A stretch of DNA of 64,000 nt, from positions 1,336,203 through 1,400,202 of the forward strand of contig JBJBEO010000001.1 in the NCBI GenBank assembly GCA_047284725.1, read 5' to 3'. The position numbers and the translations under genes are program-made. Below are positions 62,198 to 64,000 of this stretch, one piece after another. Below the pieces are notes generated by a model. The model was not told the origin of the DNA, ran no database searches, and saw only the letters and a list, made by a program, of their open reading frames with translations. Origin of the DNA: Synechococcus sp. GTDB taxonomy: Bacteria; Cyanobacteriota; Cyanobacteriia; PCC-6307; Cyanobiaceae. The number at the start of each line of letters is the position of its first letter. Position 1 is the stretch's first letter.

Positions 62198-62416
62198 TTA
62201 ACTCTGCCTGGCGCCCTCATCAGAGCGGCGATGGCGTTCAACAGGTCGAGACGGCGTCCCTCCCCTGTGCAGAAGGCTTTCGCCATAACGCGCCACCAGA
62301 GGACAATAGGCCTGAAATGGAGGCTGGTTGTAGGCGTAGGTCGCGAACTGTTCAGCGGTGGCAAGACAACAAGCCGGGCCACACTCCGGCGCGCCGTAAC
62401 GGGGACACACACCCAT
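62198..62416 (-). CDS. Small Cys-rich hypothetical protein (72 aa)
   Basis: MGVCPRYGAPECGPACC...YCP; GGGAG upstream; co-oriented with the next ORF. Confidence 0.5.
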   Translation of the reverse strand: MGVCPRYGAPECGPACCLATAEQFATYAYNQPPFQAYCPLVARYGESLLHRGGTPSRPVERHRRSDEGARQS

Positions 62417-62577
62417 GGTCTTCTCCCTAGCTACCTTCAGCCTTACCGATCCGCTAGCCAGCACTGATGAAAGCTGCGTGAGAGCTTGCTGGAAAAACGA
62501 ATGGAACGGATCAGCACCTCTCTGGAAACCTCAAACCATCGGACACCCATCCATCAGAACGACCCCATTGGATGGAC

Positions 62578-62769
62578 TCAGTCCGCGTGGATCGATTCTC
62601 CGACCTCTGACCGCAACCAGACGGGGCGCTCCGGGCGTGGATGACGCCAGGCCAAGCTGAGCAACGCCTGGATCACCCGGGGGCTGGGGGGGATCGCACA
62701 GGACGGTGATCCGGACTGCACAGGGAACATCGACGACTCAGACGGTGTTGGCATCACTCCAACCTGCAT
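62578..62769 (-). CDS. Small hypothetical protein (63 aa)
   Basis: AGGAG 7 nt upstream of the ATG; non-overlapping. Confidence 0.45.
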   Translation of the reverse strand: MQVGVMPTPSESSMFPVQSGSPSCAIPPSPRVIQALLSLAWRHPRPERPVWLRSEVGESIHAD

Positions 62770-62906
62770 CGCTCACTCCTGTCTAAGAAGAACCTCACTG
62801 AGATCCATGAGCGCAAACGCTCAATCACCAGACGCTTTTAAGTATTCCTTCTCAAGCATCCTTGTCACGATGGGAAGAGGATGGCCGCAGCCGGAGCTCA
62901 CTCACC

Positions 62907-63092
62907 ATGCGCATGCTCAGAACCTCCTCCGGACTCACCGCTGACTTCATGTCCGGAGGACGCTTCCGCATCTGCGACGCCAACCTTCACTGCTATGTGG
63001 TGAATGACCGGCAGACGGCCTATCGCGTTGTGGCCGATGCCGAGACCCGCGGAATCTCCCTCGATGATGCCCTGGCCGACCCCGAAGGCTGA
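62907..63092 (+). CDS. Small hypothetical protein (61 aa)
   Basis: MRMLRTSSGLTADF..GRFRICDANLHC; GGAG upstream. Confidence 0.6.
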   Translation: MRMLRTSSGLTADFMSGGRFRICDANLHCYVVNDRQTAYRVVADAETRGISLDDALADPEG

Positions 63093-63149
63093 TGGCGCTG
63101 CAGCCAGGGCCGGCTTCTCCCCACGACGGGCAGCGAGAAAGAGGGACGT

Positions 63150-63548
63150 TCAGACCCGCCATGGCCTGAAGGTCACTGGCTCAAACTTGGCGAGACTGAC
63201 AGACCAGGTGCGTACCGCGCTCGTCTGCAGACCTTGATGGAAGGCCGCGGTGTCACCCGTCTCGAGCCATGCCGCTTTCAGGACCGGTAGAGCGTCATTC
63301 AAGCGCTCCATTGACAGCTCCACCAGGAGCAGACTGCCCACACCCGCCGCCCGGCGCAGATCACCATCGTCACTGCGCTGCCAGACCCGCACCAGCAACT
63401 CCAGCACCACCTCCTGGGCCATCGCATGGGGAGCCTCGTCGACGGGTTCACCGGCATCCACCGGCAGGCTCCGCCCTCCCAGGGGCATGGCACGGACACC
63501 ACCCTGATTGATCAACGCCAGAGCAACCAGATACGGGGCATCAGCCAA
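63150..63548 (-). CDS. Conserved hypothetical protein divergent from umuD
   Basis: APYLVALAL..QGG.RAMPLGG...LELLVRVWQRSD.G.L.R...SLLLVEL; TTG start inferred. Confidence 0.75.
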   Translation of the reverse strand: MADAPYLVALALINQGGVRAMPLGGRSLPVDAGEPVDEAPHAMAQEVVLELLVRVWQRSDDGDLRRAAGVGSLLLVELSMERLNDALPVLKAAWLETGDTAAFHQGLQTSAVRTWSVSLAKFEPVTFRPWRV

Positions 63549-63613
63549 GACGGTCAAGCACAGCGAGCTGCCATCGTCCCCCACAGGGGCGCACCGCAAC
63601 ACGCCAACCGGCA

Positions 63614-63627
63614 AGAACAGATGTACT
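63614..63627. promoter_or_regulatory. Cyanobacterial LexA (SOS) box overlapping the umuD -10
   Basis: AGAACAGATGTACT is the reverse complement of AGTAC-ATC-TGTTCT, which fits RGTAC-NNN-DGTWCB; -10 TACTAT at 63624-63629. Confidence 0.85.
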
Positions 63628-63640
63628 ATTACGTCAATTG

Positions 63641-64000
63641 GTGGTTTGCAGTTTGGAGCTACAAAACACACCGTTACCCCTGCGGTCGGAGTGTCAGCGC
63701 TTCGTGCTCCCCCTCGCCGATGGACGCGTGGCCGCCGGTTTCCCCTCACCGGCGGATGACTACGTGGAGGTGGGGATCGACCTCAATGAACAGTTGATCC
63801 GAAACCCTTCGAGCACCTTTTTTCTGCGCGTCAGCGGTGACTCGATGACCGGTTCCGGCATTCATGATGGCGACCTGTTGGTCGTCGACCGCAGCCTCGA
63901 TCCGAAGCCGGGCCGGGTGGTGGTGGCCGTACTGGATGGTGCCTTCACGCTCAAGCGCCTGATGCGTGATCAGCGGGGACTGCATCTGGAGGCTGCCCAT
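63641..64000 (+). CDS. umuD: DNA polymerase V subunit UmuD (S24 peptidase), 3' end outside window
   Basis: Manual translation: VAAGFPSPADDYVE.GIDLN, FFLRVSGDSM (catalytic Ser), DGDLLVVDRS, FTLKRL (catalytic Lys). Start GTG 63641 or TTG 63653. Confidence 0.92.
   Translation, partial: MVCSLELQNTPLPLRSECQRFVLPLADGRVAAGFPSPADDYVEVGIDLNEQLIRNPSSTFFLRVSGDSMTGSGIHDGDLLVVDRSLDPKPGRVVVAVLDGAFTLKRLMRDQRGLHLEAAH

Noticed and set aside
1..64000. HIP1 (GCGATCGC) over-representation
   Set aside because: I noticed only scattered copies (e.g. near 4447 and 7269) and cannot establish enrichment without a count

Overview
A gene-dense, GC-rich segment of what is most likely a marine Synechococcus-type picocyanobacterial chromosome, judged from gene content and order (pcyA, apcF, chlP, psb28, GUN4, sipA, glpX). 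Most of it is core genome: gnd-glgC-hemA-glpX/rpe, ccsA-lptFG-lptB-lptA-typA, chlP, glyS, sir, recG-tsf-rpsB, pcyA-devBCA, an M16 peptidase pair, bioY-lspA-FHA/PBP-GTPase, apcF/glnA, mnmH-psb28, secDF-pdhB-ispE-rsmA and rlmH. The window ends in a cluster of short accessory ORFs followed by a LexA-boxed umuD. I found no rRNA, tRNA, CRISPR array, transposase or integrase. The strongest signal is at glnA. Its promoter has a textbook NtcA-activated layout. Convergent with it, and sharing its bidirectional terminator, is an 86-aa His/Arg-rich ORF (45159-45419) with an AGGAGG ribosome-binding site and a perfect TGTA-N8-TACA NtcA box directly after its -10 element, which is the repression geometry. 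This mirrors the glnA/gifA arrangement, but the protein is not recognisably IF7 or IF17. Also found: three micro-proteins that the ORF track misses or does not list on their own (51-aa basic, 46-aa helical, 31-aa Norf4-like), an rpsB leader pseudoknot and a degenerate HNH-like protein. All family assignments come from motif recognition by eye; no database searches were run.
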